Assembly (NCBI RefSeq): GCF_030684315.1
Contig: NC_081377.1
Coordinates: 32,922,001-32,986,000, forward strand
Length of the DNA: 64,000 bases
Source: Stegostoma tigrinum
Lineage: Eukaryota
Reading direction: 5' to 3'
Shown here piece by piece: positions 11,842 through 23,450 of this stretch. The notes beneath the pieces are model-generated. The model had not been told where the DNA came from, ran no database searches, and saw nothing but the letters and a program-made list of their open reading frames with translations. Position 1 is the first letter of the stretch; each line of letters starts with the position of its first letter. The translations under genes were made by a program, and so were the position numbers.

Positions 11842-12736
11842 CAAGTTTGCAGACGACACAAAGGTCGGAGGTGTCGTTGACAGTGTAGAGGGCTGTTGTA
11901 GGCTGCAGCGGGACATTGACAGGATGCAGAGATGGGCTGAGAGGTGGCAGATGGAGTTCAACCTGGATAAATGCGAGGTGATGCATTTTGGAAGGTCGAA
12001 TTTGAAAGCTGAGTACAGGATTAAGGATAGGATTCTTGGCAGCGTGGAGGAACAGAGGGATCTTGGTGTGCAGATACATAGATCCCTTAAAATGGCCACC
12101 CAAGTGGACAGGGTTGTTAAGAAAGCATATGGTGTTTTGGCTTTCATTAACAGGGGGATTGAGTTTAAGAGTCGTGAGATCTTGTTGCAGCTCTATAAAA
12201 CTTTGGTTAGACCGCACTTGGAATACTGCGTCCAGTTCTGGGCGCCCTATTATAGGAAAGATGTGGATGCTTTGGAGAGGGTTCAGAGGAGGTTTACCAG
12301 GATGCTGCCTGGACTGGAGGGCTTATCTTATGAAGAGAGGTTGACTGAGCTCGGTCTCTTTTCATTGGAGAAAAGGAGGAGGAGAGGGGACCTAATTGAG
12401 GTATACAAGATAATGAGAGGCATAGATAGAGTTGATAGCCAGAGACTATTTCCCAGGGCAGAAATGGCTAGCACGAGGGGTCATAGTTTTAAGCTGGTTG
12501 GTGGAAAGTATAGAGGGGATGTCAGAGGCAGGTTCTTTACGCAGAGAGTTGTGAGAGCATGGAATGCGTTGCCAGCAGCAGTTGTGGAAGCAAGGTCATT
12601 GGGGTCATTTAAGAGACTGCTGGACATGTATATGGTCACAGAAATTTGAGGGTGCATACATGAGGATCAATGGTCGGCATAACATTGTGGGCTGAAGGAC
12701 CTGTTCTGTGCTGTACTGTTCTATGTTCTATGTTCT
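11842..12736 (+). mobile_element. Young 5'-truncated CR1 LINE with 8-bp TSD
   Basis: Open frame from KFADDTKVGG to the ORF2 stop at 12649; (TGTTCTA)n tail; TSD AACTTCAG at 11834-11841 and 12737-12744. Confidence 0.95.
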
Positions 12737-13660
12737 AACTTCAGATACATTTAGTGCTGAGAAATACAGACACAGCAGTCCAGAGGGTTCTCCCACACTG
12801 TAAACGTCTGTCACTATATCATATCCTGAAGTTGCTAATCAGAGGGTTATCATCAGACAGATGACATTTGGCATCCACAACCAGTCACATTTGTACAGAT
12901 CATCAGTTATCTGTTACCAGCTGAATCACTCTCTGCACACACATATCACAGTAATGTGGCCAGTTATCTCACCTCCTCTACTGCTAACAAAGTAACAGTG
13001 TCAACAAAACTCATAATAATTCCAGTAACTTGTTTTCAAAAGTGCAACAATTCCGTCCCTAGTCCTTGGTTTGAAAAATAGTCTTTCTCTAAACAGTAAA
13101 AAGATGTCGTCTTTACATGCCTCCATCCTTATGAAATATGAAATGCGATTTCAAAACTGCACTTCATCACAAGAAAGGTGTCACACATACAAAGAAAGAT
13201 GAGACTTACAGCTATGTATCCTTCTTTTCCCCCTTTATTGAACCTTATATAACCTTCGGCATTTCTTAAACCTTTAACTTATTCCATCATTTTACACTCA
13301 GAACAATGCATTTGCAACCACATTACGCTTCTCAGCAATGAGAATAATCTTTATATTAAATAGTTGCAAAAACAAACTAAATAGTCTTGCAGAGATAGTA
13401 GAAACTGCCGATGCTGGAGAATCTGAGATATCGCGGTGTGAAGCTGGATGAACACGGCAGACCAAGCAGCTTTAGAGGAGTCTCGCATCTGGATTTTAAC
13501 ATTTTCAATGAATGCCAACTTATTATCATCAGTATAGATGAATGTTTCTCTGTTGCTGTGTCAGTCATAGACTTGAAGTGCCAATAATAATCCAAAAGCC
13601 TCTTTTTCAATGATTGAGTATTTTCTCTGATACTGATTTAGTTTCTCAGCAACATACCTC

Positions 13661-13733
13661 ATGGTCGGCACAACATTGTGGGCTGAAGGGCCTGTTCTGT
13701 GCTGTACTGTTCTATGTTCTATGTTCTATGTTC
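13661..13733 (+). mobile_element. Very short CR1 3' end with (TGTTCTA)n tail
   Basis: Near-identical to 12670-12736; similar stub at ~765-823. Confidence 0.85.
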
Positions 13734-14616
13734 ATCCTATAACAGGGATGCACCTACCCCCAGGTAACTTACGTCAATTGCCATTTTAAGAGATCTGGAA
13801 AAACTAGAGACAGCCAGCACTAGTTCTTGTATTAGGAGTGCCTTCATCTTCTCAAAGGCTGCCTAGAATTCTACTAACCATGCCACTTGTGTTTGTTTTG
13901 TTTTCTTAAATTCATTACGGGTACAATTATTGTGTTGAATTTAAACACAAACATCTGGTAAAATCCACATTCCAAGAAATCAAATGATTTCTCATTTAGT
14001 TTTAGGAACAAAGAATTATGTCAGAGTCTTCACTTTCAATGTTCTTGGCAACGCTTCCCTTTGTCCAATGATATATCATAGCTAAGTCAATTTTGCTTTC
14101 ACAAATTTGCTTTTGGTTAAATTTATCATGAAGCCATCCATATGTAATTAGTTAAACATGTCTTACCTTACATACTGTTCTTATACATTAATTACTATGC
14201 ACCATAAAATTGTCTAAAGAAAACTACACCATTACATATTTCAGCTACAACTTGATTCATAAGTCTTTGGAATGTAAAAGGGGCATTCTTGAACACAAAT
14301 TATATAATTTGAGATTGTCATCCCAAATAGGTTATACCAGAAGTGTCTTTATAACCCCTGATGTTAATAGCACTTGCCAATACACCTCAGTAGATCCATC
14401 TTAGAACAGAACACTGCCAACCCTATTAATACTATCAAAAAAGCCAATGAACTGCAGATACTGGAAATTGAAACAAAAATAGAAATTGCTGGTCTCAGCA
14501 GGTCTGGCAGCATCTGTGGAGAGAAGACAGAGTTAACGTTTCACGTTATTTCTTCAGAATGGATTGTAGCTAGGAAGAGGTGGTATATATGTTGGAGATG
14601 GTATTGGGGGTATTAT

Positions 14617-15875
14617 AGAGAGTCATAGGGTTATACAACATGGAAACAGACACTTCAGTCCAACACATCCCTGTCGACCAGATATCCTAAACTGATCCAG
14701 TTCCATTTGCCAGCATTTACCCCTACTAAGCCTTCCTATTCATGCACCCTACCAGATGCCTTTTAAATGTAATAGTACCCACCTCCACCACTTCTTCTGG
14801 CAGCAACAAAGTTCCATACATGCACCACTCTCTGCATGAAAAAGTCTTCCCTCAGGTCGCTTTTACATCTTTCCCCACTCACCTTAAACCTATGCCCTCT
14901 AGTTTTGGATACCCCTAACCTAGGAAAAAGAACTTGGCTATTCACCCTACCATGATTTTATAAACATCTAGCCCTTAGCCTCCGACACTCCAAGGAAAAT
15001 AGCCCCAGCCTAATCAGCTTCTCCCTTTAGTTCAGACCCTCTAGTCCTGGCAACATCTTGTAAATCTTTTCTGAAACCTTTCAAGTTTAACAACATCTTT
15101 CCTATTTCAGGGACACAAAAACTGAATGCAGTATTCTAAAAGTGGCCTCAACAATGTCCTGTACAGCCGCAACATAACGTCCCAACTCCTATACTCAATG
15201 TGCTGGCCAATGAAGGCTAAACACCTTCTTCACCACCCTGTCTACCTGTAACTCCACTTTCAAGGAACTACGCACCTGCACCTTAGGCTGTAGTTGTCAA
15301 CACTCCCCAAGATCCTACCGTTAACTGTGTAAGTCCTGCCCTGACCAAAATGCATTTGTCTAAATTAAACTTCATCTGCCACTCCTCTGCCCATTGGCCC
15401 ATCTAATCAAGGTGCTGTTGTACTCAGAAATAATCTTCTTCACTGGCCACTACACCACCAATTTTGGTGTCATCTGCAAACTAATCAGACCTCCTATATT
15501 AACATTCAAATCATTCATCTAAATGACAAAAAGCAATGGACTCAGCATTGATCCTTGAGGCATACCACTGGTTCCAGGCCTCCAACCGGATAAATAACCC
15601 TCTACTATGACTTCTATTTCCTACTTTCATGCCAATTTTACATCCAATTGGCTAGCTCACCCTGCATTCCATGTAATCTAATTAGTTACCATGTGGAACC
15701 TTATCAAACACTTGCTAAAGTCCATATAGACAATATCTACCTCTCCGCCTTTACCAATGTTTTTAATCACTTCTTCAAAAAACTCAATCAAGTTAGTGAG
15801 AGAAGATTTCCCATGCACAGAGCTATGTTGACTATGCCTAATCAGTCTTTGCCTTTCAAAACACACGTAAATCCT
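14617..15875 (-). mobile_element. Degenerate CR1 LINE 3' portion
   Basis: HGKSSLTNLIEFFEEV..VDIVYMDFSK and LFPRLGVSKTRGHRFKV fragments; CR1 3' UTR. Confidence 0.85.
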
Positions 15876-16236
15876 GTCCAGCTAATGTATTCTATCCAGG
15901 TGTATCTCTGCAGATTACTTTATACTTCCCAAGTAATCTCACAAGATTCTCCCTTTGTCCTTTCTCAAAATACAAGAATAGCATCTAATTGTACCAGTGT
16001 TTCTGTTTTGGCTAATCAAATTGTAGGAGGTTTACTTTGAGAACTATCTACCTCTTCTTCTACTTCACTTTTATTGATTTAGTCATCCTCCACTATTCTT
16101 ACCACGAGATCCTTCTTATCCTCTTCCCTCTGATGATACTGTTTAAACATTTTTATGTGACATAACCGATTTTTCTTCCTGCAATGAGAAGTATCCCAGG
16201 CAATGACCATCTCCAACAAGAGACAATCTAACCTTA

Positions 16237-16544
16237 GGGTGGCACAGTGGCTCTGTAGTTAGCACTGCTGTCTCTCAGTGCCAGGGACCTGGGTTCAATT
16301 CCACCGTCAGGCAACTGTCTGTGTGGAGTTTGCACATTCTCCCTGTGTCTGCATGTGTTTCCTCCGGGCGCTCTGGTTTTCTCTCACAACCCAAAAATGT
16401 GTGGTCTAGGTGGATTGGCCATGCTAAATTGCCCATAGTGTTCAAATTAGGTGGGTTACAGGAGGATGGGTCTGGGTGAGATGCTCTGAGGGTCAACGTG
16501 GGCTTGTTGGGCCAAAGGGCCTGTTTCCACACTGTAGGGATTCT
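16237..16544 (+). mobile_element. HE1-type V-SINE (tRNA-derived head, V domain, CR1-derived tail)
   Basis: A box (GGCACAGTGG..GTTAGCACTGCTG), B box GGGTTCAATTCC, V domain TGTGTGGAGTTTGCACATTCTCC, tail GGGCCTGTTTCCACACTGTAGGGATTCT. Confidence 0.85.
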
Positions 16545-18180
16545 TTAGCATTATCGCTTGACATTCAATGGTGTTCTCATCACTGAATCCCCCAGAATCA
16601 ACATCCCTGAGGGTTACTATTAACCAGAAACTGAATTAGACTTATCATATAAATAAAATGGCTACTCGATCAGGTCAAAATCCTGAAATTCCTTACCTGA
16701 CAGCATTGTAGGTCTACCTACAACCACCTGCACCTACCTACCTGGACTACAGCAGAGCAAGAAAGCAACTCACCACCATGTTTTCCAGGGCATTAAGGGA
16801 TGTTTGATAAATGCTGGCCCAGCCAAGATACGCACATCCCATGTGTGAATAAAAAATTCAGATAAGCTACTTTATTACGCCTCCTATGTATTTGTATCAA
16901 CCACTAAATTTTACTCTAAAAGGTTCACCTTGCAAAGGCAACATTACCAATACTTCATTTCCCACTTGAAACATTATAGTTGAAGAATGTTTATTCTTTC
17001 ATTTTTGCTTGTGAAACTTTTCAATGGTCTTGTGATATCTTACATGATCTTGTGAGTCTTTCTAGACAGATGGAAACGTGATCCAAAACTAAGGATTTGT
17101 CTTTTTGTCTTAAGAAATTCTTCTCAATCAATTTTGATGGATTTCTAATCTCAGAGCCGTAAATCAGTTTAAATGGGCTAAACCTAGGTGGAATCATTGA
17201 GAAATTTCTCGTAGAAAATACGAAGAAATCAATTCCTTGCCCCAAACCTGAGTTTCCGTGCTTTAATCATGGTTTTGAGAATTTGATGTTACATCTCCAA
17301 AGCTCCCTGTATTTGCAGATGACACACCATTGACTCTGATTGTGTTGTACCCAGCGTGCTGACGATGTCTGAAAACTTCACACAAAAAAGTAGAATCCTG
17401 ATTAAATTGTAGCTCATTTGGTCATTCAGAACAAATAAAAGACTGTGTTAACTTTTCCACTATCATTCTAGTTGTAATTGTCCTTAAAAGAATAACTTCT
17501 TGACTTAGGGTTGTTATAACCATAACTGTAGGGATAAACTGATGTCCTGCTTTCATTTTTAGCAATGGTCCCTCACAATCTACACAAAGTCAACTGAATG
17601 ATTCTTCAAAAGCTGCTATAAGAATCTAATGAAGAATCTGATGAAAGGTCTAGGCCCAAAACGTCAGCTTTTGTGCTTCTAAGATGCTGCTTGGCCTGCT
17701 GTGTTTATCCAGTTCCACACTTTGTTATAAGAATCAAAGGTTCTGGTTTAATTATTTGTTGAAGTTTACCTAGTACTGATATGTTTTACAGAACTGCACT
17801 ATGTTGTTATGAATTCGCGGCCATGTAAAATATCTGTTTATAAATGCTTGCATTGTCTGTATTCCCACATGACCCACCATAGGAATTTCATAAGCTACTC
17901 ACAATATCTAGCTGGTACACTACTTTATGAGCACTGCACATTCTTAGCACACAAGTCTGTAAAAGTGACCCCAATTCTTCATCAGAACTTAATTTTCAGT
18001 AATAATGATGTGGAGGTGCCGGTGTTGGACTGGGGTGATAGCTACTTCAAAGGAATTTGGGGATATACATATTCATATTAATCAGTTAAAACCTTCTAAT
18101 TGATTAAAGATTTAACAGCACCTTATGTCTGTTCAGAACATTCTCATCAGGGGTATGACCCTTTGATCTTTTACTTATCT

Positions 18181-18492
18181 CATAGAATCCCTACAGTGTG
18201 GAAACAGGCCCTTTGGCCCAATGAGTCCACACAGGCCCTCAGAGCAACTCACCCAGACAGAACTCTATAACCCACCTAATCTGCACATCCCTGAATACTA
18301 TGGGCAATTTAGCATGGCCAATCCACCTAACCTACACATCTTTGGACTGTGGTAGGAAACCGGAGCTCCTGGAGGAAACCCACGCAGACACTGGGAGAAC
18401 ATGCAAACTCAACACAGCCCAAGAGTGGAATTGAATCCAGGTCCGTGTCGCTGTGAGGCAGCAGTGCTAACCACTGAGCTACTGTGCCACCC
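18181..18492 (-). mobile_element. HE1-type V-SINE
   Basis: Reverse complement of the 16237 family; inserted into a Penelope-like terminal fragment (~18005-18600). Confidence 0.85.
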
Positions 18493-18759
18493 TGTGTCTG
18501 TTAATACCTCTCTCTCTAACACGTGAAGATGGAGAAAAACTCCAAAAGCTGTGTTTTCAAATAAACCTGCTGGACTATAAGCTGGTGTGATTTCTGACCT
18601 TCACTAATAATAGCACTGTGGAACTCTGCAGCTCAGCTTAAGTGTCAGCTGTCTTTGCTAATTTGTATAACTGCAGACTTGCTTCCTGAGCCTCAAGTAG
18701 TGAAGATATGCCAAATACTTCCTTTGAATTATCCTCATTCTTAATGGAGTTTTAGCCAA

Positions 18760-19125
18760 CCTCCCTCCACCACTGATGCTCAGTGTATACTGTCTACAAG
18801 GTGCACTGCAGAAATTCACCAAAGATCCTCAGACAGCACCTTCCAGAGTGTGACTACTTCCATCTAGAAGGACAAGGGCATCAGACATATGGGAACACCA
18901 TCACCTCCAAGTCACTCACCATCCTGACTTGGAAACATATCACCGTTCCTGCACTGTCACTGGGTCAAAATCCTGGAATTCCCACCCTAATAGCATTGTG
19001 GGTCCATACACAGCAGGAGGACTGCAGTGGTTCAAGAAGACAGCTCACCACCACCTTCTCAAGGGCAACTAGGGATGGACAAGAAACGCTGGCCAGTCAG
19101 CGACGCCCACATCCGATGAATAAAT
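18760..19125 (+). mobile_element. 3' end of a CR1/L2-group non-LTR family (also ~16200-16855, 30115-31100 minus, 56200-56790)
   Basis: Shared CACCACCTTCTCAAGGGCAACTAGGGATGG...GCTGGCCAG...CCCACATCC terminus at several sites; exact clade uncertain. Confidence 0.6.
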
Positions 19126-19509
19126 AGAAAAACAATCTTCTGCTTGTGTAATAGTGACCACAGGTGCTCAGGCCAGTACACACAATGGGAAAAATTCCTG
19201 CAATTTTCCATGCACTATGCAATCTCCATTTCAATTTGTGCAGTTAAGAGCTTTTTGTAAATGAATCAACCTATCCACCGAGGGATGTTACGACACATCT
19301 CTGGAGTAAGTGGAACTCAAACATAGTACTATCACTGCACTGTAAAGCCCTAACTCATAGATAGGAAATGACACCTTTAATTTCCTGACGCCTGAATAGT
19401 ATCAATGGGCTGACCAACTGTATTCCACTAAACAGTCACATTAGTCTTGAAACATTAAATGTATTTCTCTCCACAAATGCTGCCAGCTCACTGAGTTTCT
19501 CTAGCATGC

Positions 19510-20400
19510 AGGTGAAAAGGGATACAAACAGTTTATACAGAGATATTGATAGGTTAAGTAAGTGGACAAAAAGTTGGCAAATTAACTTTCATATGGAAAA
19601 ATGCAAAGTGGTTCATTTTGAGGGAACAAAAGAACAGAATATTATTTAAATGGAAAAAATCTGCAGAAAGCTGGAGCACAAAGCAACTTAGGGATACTTG
19701 TGCATAAATGACATAAAGATAGCACACAGATGCAGCAAGTAATCAGAAAGGTCCTCTTTTTTGGAATGTGGGCCTTTATTTCAAAGGGATTGGAGTATAA
19801 GAATAGGGAAGTTTTAATGCAACTGTACAAGGTGCAGGTGAGACCACATCTGGAGCACAGAGAGCAGCTTTGGTCCCCTTATTTAAGGAATTATATCATT
19901 TCATGGGCAGCAGTTCAGAGGAAGCTCACTAGGATGTCCCCTAATATAGAGGGATTGTCTTATGAGCAAACATTAAACACATTGGGACTCAATTCACTCG
20001 GGTTTGGAAGAATGAGAGGTGATCCTATTGAAACATATAGGCTTCTTAAGGGGCTTGATAGCATAACTGCTGACAGGATGTTTCCCCTCATGAGAGAATC
20101 TAAGACCAGACAGAATAGTCTTAGAATAAAGGGCATCTGTTTAAGATTGAGATGAGAAGGAATATCTTCTGTCAGAGGATTGTGTGTCTTTGGAACTCCT
20201 TGCTGCAAAGACCTGTGGAGGGCTGAGTCCGAAAGTATATTAAAGACTGAGGTAGATTTTCAATCAGAAGGGGAATCGAGGGTCATGGAGAAAGGGCAGG
20301 AAAGTGGATGTGAGAAATGTGTGATCAGCCATGATTCTATTGAATGGCATGGCAGGCTCAAGGATTGAATGGCCTACTCTAGGTCATATTTCTTCTGGTC
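19510..20400 (+). mobile_element. Degenerate CR1 LINE 3' portion
   Basis: FISKGLEYKNREVLMQLYK..VRPHLE..RMRGDPIETY. Confidence 0.85.
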
Positions 20401-20900
20401 ACTTCCTGTTTTATTTCAAGATTTCCAGTAACAGCAGTATTTTGCATTAATGTGACTGAGTAGCCTATTCTTACTCCTGAGCATGAAATGACCCACACAC
20501 AAATGGACGAATTTCCAAAATGATTAGATATGTGCCAGTTGGCCCCAGATGGTACAAGATGGAAATCAATTAGCAATGGTTGCCACTGATATTAAACTGA
20601 ATTAAATGCCTATTTTTAAAACTTGAGGATTTCTTTCAATTGGAAACAAGAGTCTTGTCACAGTAAAACTGTCTCTAATAAAATGTCCAGTCTTCCAAAA
20701 TAAGCAAACCAATTTTATTCAGGATAAAACTAAATTAATACAAAACAATATAGAGAAAGTTCATCCTGCTCCACACTTTGTTATCAATGGAGAAAGAGGA
20801 GCCTGGTATGGATAACCAGCGAATGGCAAGTGATGTGGCTGGGCGCTAAGTGAGTGAGTGGCTGAGGTGAGGTGCAGTCAGACCCTATGAACCCATTTCC

Positions 20901-22857
20901 TCACTGGGAATATAACATTTCGAACAGTAGTTCCTTCATGTTTGCTGTCCCGATCACTGGCCTGAAGAACAGCTCGATGATGAGTCCGGTGCTGACAGTT
21001 TTCAGGGCGGGCACGGCGAGTAAAATACAGGCGAAATGGCTACTGCCCTTGGCCGACACCACGATCTCATACAGTGCGCGCTGCGCTTCCCGCTGAAGGC
21101 TCTCAATGTAGCCAGCAAGCTCGGAGTCCAGGCAGGTCTGCAAAAGTCGAGAGCACAAATGAGATCAGAGCGAAAGGAAACGGAAGCTCGGCACGTCCAT
21201 TAGCCGCTGGAATCAAAAGTTTAATGTTTCGGGTGGGAGCCTGCTTCCTGACTCAAACATTGGCTGCGGATTTGTTTCACGTTTCCAGCGTGCTCAGTGT
21301 TTAAAGCCATCTCGCTGTCTGATCCGATCCATAACCAAGGCCCGCCTCCCCCACGCTGAACAGGGCAATCTGATGAGATCTAGGGGTACAGCTTCATAGG
21401 TCCCTTGAAAGTGGAGTCACAGGTAGACAGGGTGGTGAAGGCGGCTTTCGGCAGGCTTGCTTTCATGGATCGGTGCATTGAGTAAAGGAGTTCGGATGTC
21501 TGTTTGCAGCTGTACAAGACGTTTACTGCCTGGGGTTTTATTGCCCTACTATAGAAAGGATAATATTAAACTAGAAAGAGTGCAGAAAAGATTTACTGGG
21601 ATGCTACCTGGACTGGAAGGTTTGAGTTATAAGGCCTTTGTTTCCATTGAGTGTAGTAGACTGAGGGAGTGATCTTATGGAGGTCTATAAATTCATGAAA
21701 GGCATAGATAAGGTAGATAGCCAACAGCTTTTCCCCATGATAGGGGAATTTAAAACTAGAGCGCATTGGTTTCACGTGAGATAGTAGAGATCAAAAAAAT
21801 CCACAGGGGTTTTTTTTTGGAGAGTGGCGAGTGTCTGGAATGGGCTGCCAGAGGTAGTGGTGGAGGCAAGTACAATGTTGTTATTTAAGAAATATTTAGA
21901 CAAGTACATGGATGGGATAAGGAAAGGAGGGATATGGACCAAACATGGGCAAACTAGATTAATTGTGAAAACTGGGCGGCGTGAGCAAGTTGGGTCAAAG
22001 GGCCTGTTTCTATGCAGTAAACCTCTATGACTCAATGAGTACTGGAAATCTTAAAAGCTTAGCAGAAGAGTATGTTGTGGGTGTGGAGGGGTTTACCTAT
22101 GGATGATTCTGAAGTGAGGAAATAATCACATTAGTTATTTATCCAGGAAGTACAGAGATCCCCTGATTCCTGACCCTTGTCTGGTCCTAACCCCTTACTA
22201 CGATGTGGTAGAATTATTGCTGGATTCAAGGGGGTGGGGGCAAATTTGAGACTTTTTTTTATAAAGCACTTCAGCATTACAATTTCTGTGGTTCATTACA
22301 CATACTGGAATAAAGACAAAGGCTGTTATAATTACCAGGGTTGAAAAGGATAGCTCCTTTCAAGTACGCATACTCCTTAGGACTAAGATCCAGGCCCCGG
22401 AATTTGTTCAGACACATTTTTATTCTGTGTACACCAGCAAGCATTGGCTGCCGACTCCCTTCTTCTTCTGTCCTGAGCAGATTTGGTCCATTCAGCAAGA
22501 TTCTCCTCAGCATGCTGTGACCTGGGGTCTCTATCACCTCAAAGCTCACTCTATCTTGAGCCAATCCTAACAGAAACAAGGACAGCCGGCAGCTCTCCAG
22601 CAGCAGCAGCTGGTCTGATCTGGGAAGATGATGGAATGACGGGAGGTTCCTCATAAAAGCGACTGTCTTTGCCAATACATCGGATACTGCCTGACAGGTA
22701 ACACGGGGAGTCTTCAAGCAAACCTGACTTCATAGAAGCAGTTGTGATGTGAGAACTTGCAGTCTCCACGTTGGCTCAGGATGGTGTACAAGATTGCATT
22801 CTGTCTCTTCCCAGAATCACACTGGCATTTATCAGATAGAACACTGACACAAGCCAT
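20901..22857 (-). pseudogene. NR0B2: Nuclear receptor NR0B2 (small heterodimer partner, SHP), two exons, disrupted reading frame
   Basis: Exon 1 22857-22336 (MACVSVLSDKCQC..NAILYTILSQ..; LKTPRVTCQAVSDVLAKTVAFMRNLPSF..LSPKEYAYLKGAILFNP) and exon 2 21137-20901 (DLPGLRA..; YIESLQREAQ..ELFFRPVIG). The ATG frame hits TGA at 22716-22714, and the spliced exon 2 frame hits TGA at 21105-21103; in both cases the conserved sequence continues in a shifted frame. Gene identity is very secure; pseudogene status needs raw-read confirmation. Confidence 0.85.
21370..22035 (+). mobile_element. Degenerate CR1 3' portion in the NR0B2 intron
   Basis: PYYRKDNIKLERVQKRFTGMLPGLEGLSY; VWNGLPEVVVEA. Confidence 0.85.
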
Positions 22858-23108
22858 AACTGCCTCACTGCCAAACCAGGATCACTCGGAATTTAGCTCT
22901 CTGTAATGGTGTTAACAAATTAAATGTAGTTTGAAGTGTTAATTTTAACTGGAAACCAAAATCCTCAAATTCTCTAATGCTTCAAACAACTAGTTTTAGA
23001 GCTCTGCTGAACAAGAGTTGGCTGAGAAAAGATCAGGTAGGCTCGGCTACAGCTCCCAATGTAGCACAAGCTTCCACAGGCAGCGAATGAGCTGCTTATA
23101 CCTGAGAC

Positions 23109-23450
23109 TATTTATATTGTTTCATTTAGAGACTATAAGTGACCTTGGCCAGAAAGAACAAGCAGCTTTCATTGAAAAAAAAGCTCACAGTAACTAATTG
23201 GCCCAGGGATGTATCTCTTTGGTGCCGGCCAGCAGCAGATAAGATTTTTTTCAATGAAACAGCAGGTCAGACAGATGGAAGTGGCTTATTTCGATTACCT
23301 GATGTTGTGTACACAGACTTGAAACCCACATTGTACCAGTGCACCAAGGACTGCAAGAGGCCAATAACAGAACACCAATCAGGTAAACACAGTTACAGAA
23401 AGTGATATCAGGGTAATTAGATAAGGAATATTTGCTGAATGTAGCCTTGA
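23109..23450 (-). promoter_or_regulatory. NR0B2 promoter: TATA box and NR5A (LRH-1/SF-1) sites
   Basis: Minus-strand TATAAATA at 23109-23116, CCAAGGTCA at 23140-23148, TCAAGGCTA at 23442-23450; LRH-1 is an established activator of vertebrate SHP. Confidence 0.6.

Larger units (their letters stand above)
13300..18000 (-). mobile_element. Old fragmented Gypsy LTR retrotransposon pol, Gmr1-like order (integrase upstream of RT/RNase H), interrupted by nested insertions
   Basis: Minus-strand degenerate peptides from right to left: GHVGIQ..YFTWP (~17820-17880), DCEGPLLKMKAGHQF (~17540-17580), IQGALE..HQILKTMIKA (~17260-17310), FSPFKLIYG, RLCHIKMFKQY (~16140-16170), FQRLMNQVVA (~14245-14272), KYSIIEKEAFGLLLAL (~13575-13625). 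Confidence 0.75.

Noticed and set aside
16237-16310. tRNA gene
   Set aside because: The A/B boxes belong to the SINE head, followed by V domain and LINE tail; four dispersed copies in the window.
22277-22717. 146-aa ORF as an intact N-terminally shorter SHP
   Set aside because: It begins at TTG, omits the conserved N-terminal box, runs into the intron, and cannot splice in frame to the conserved part of exon 2 at the canonical acceptor.
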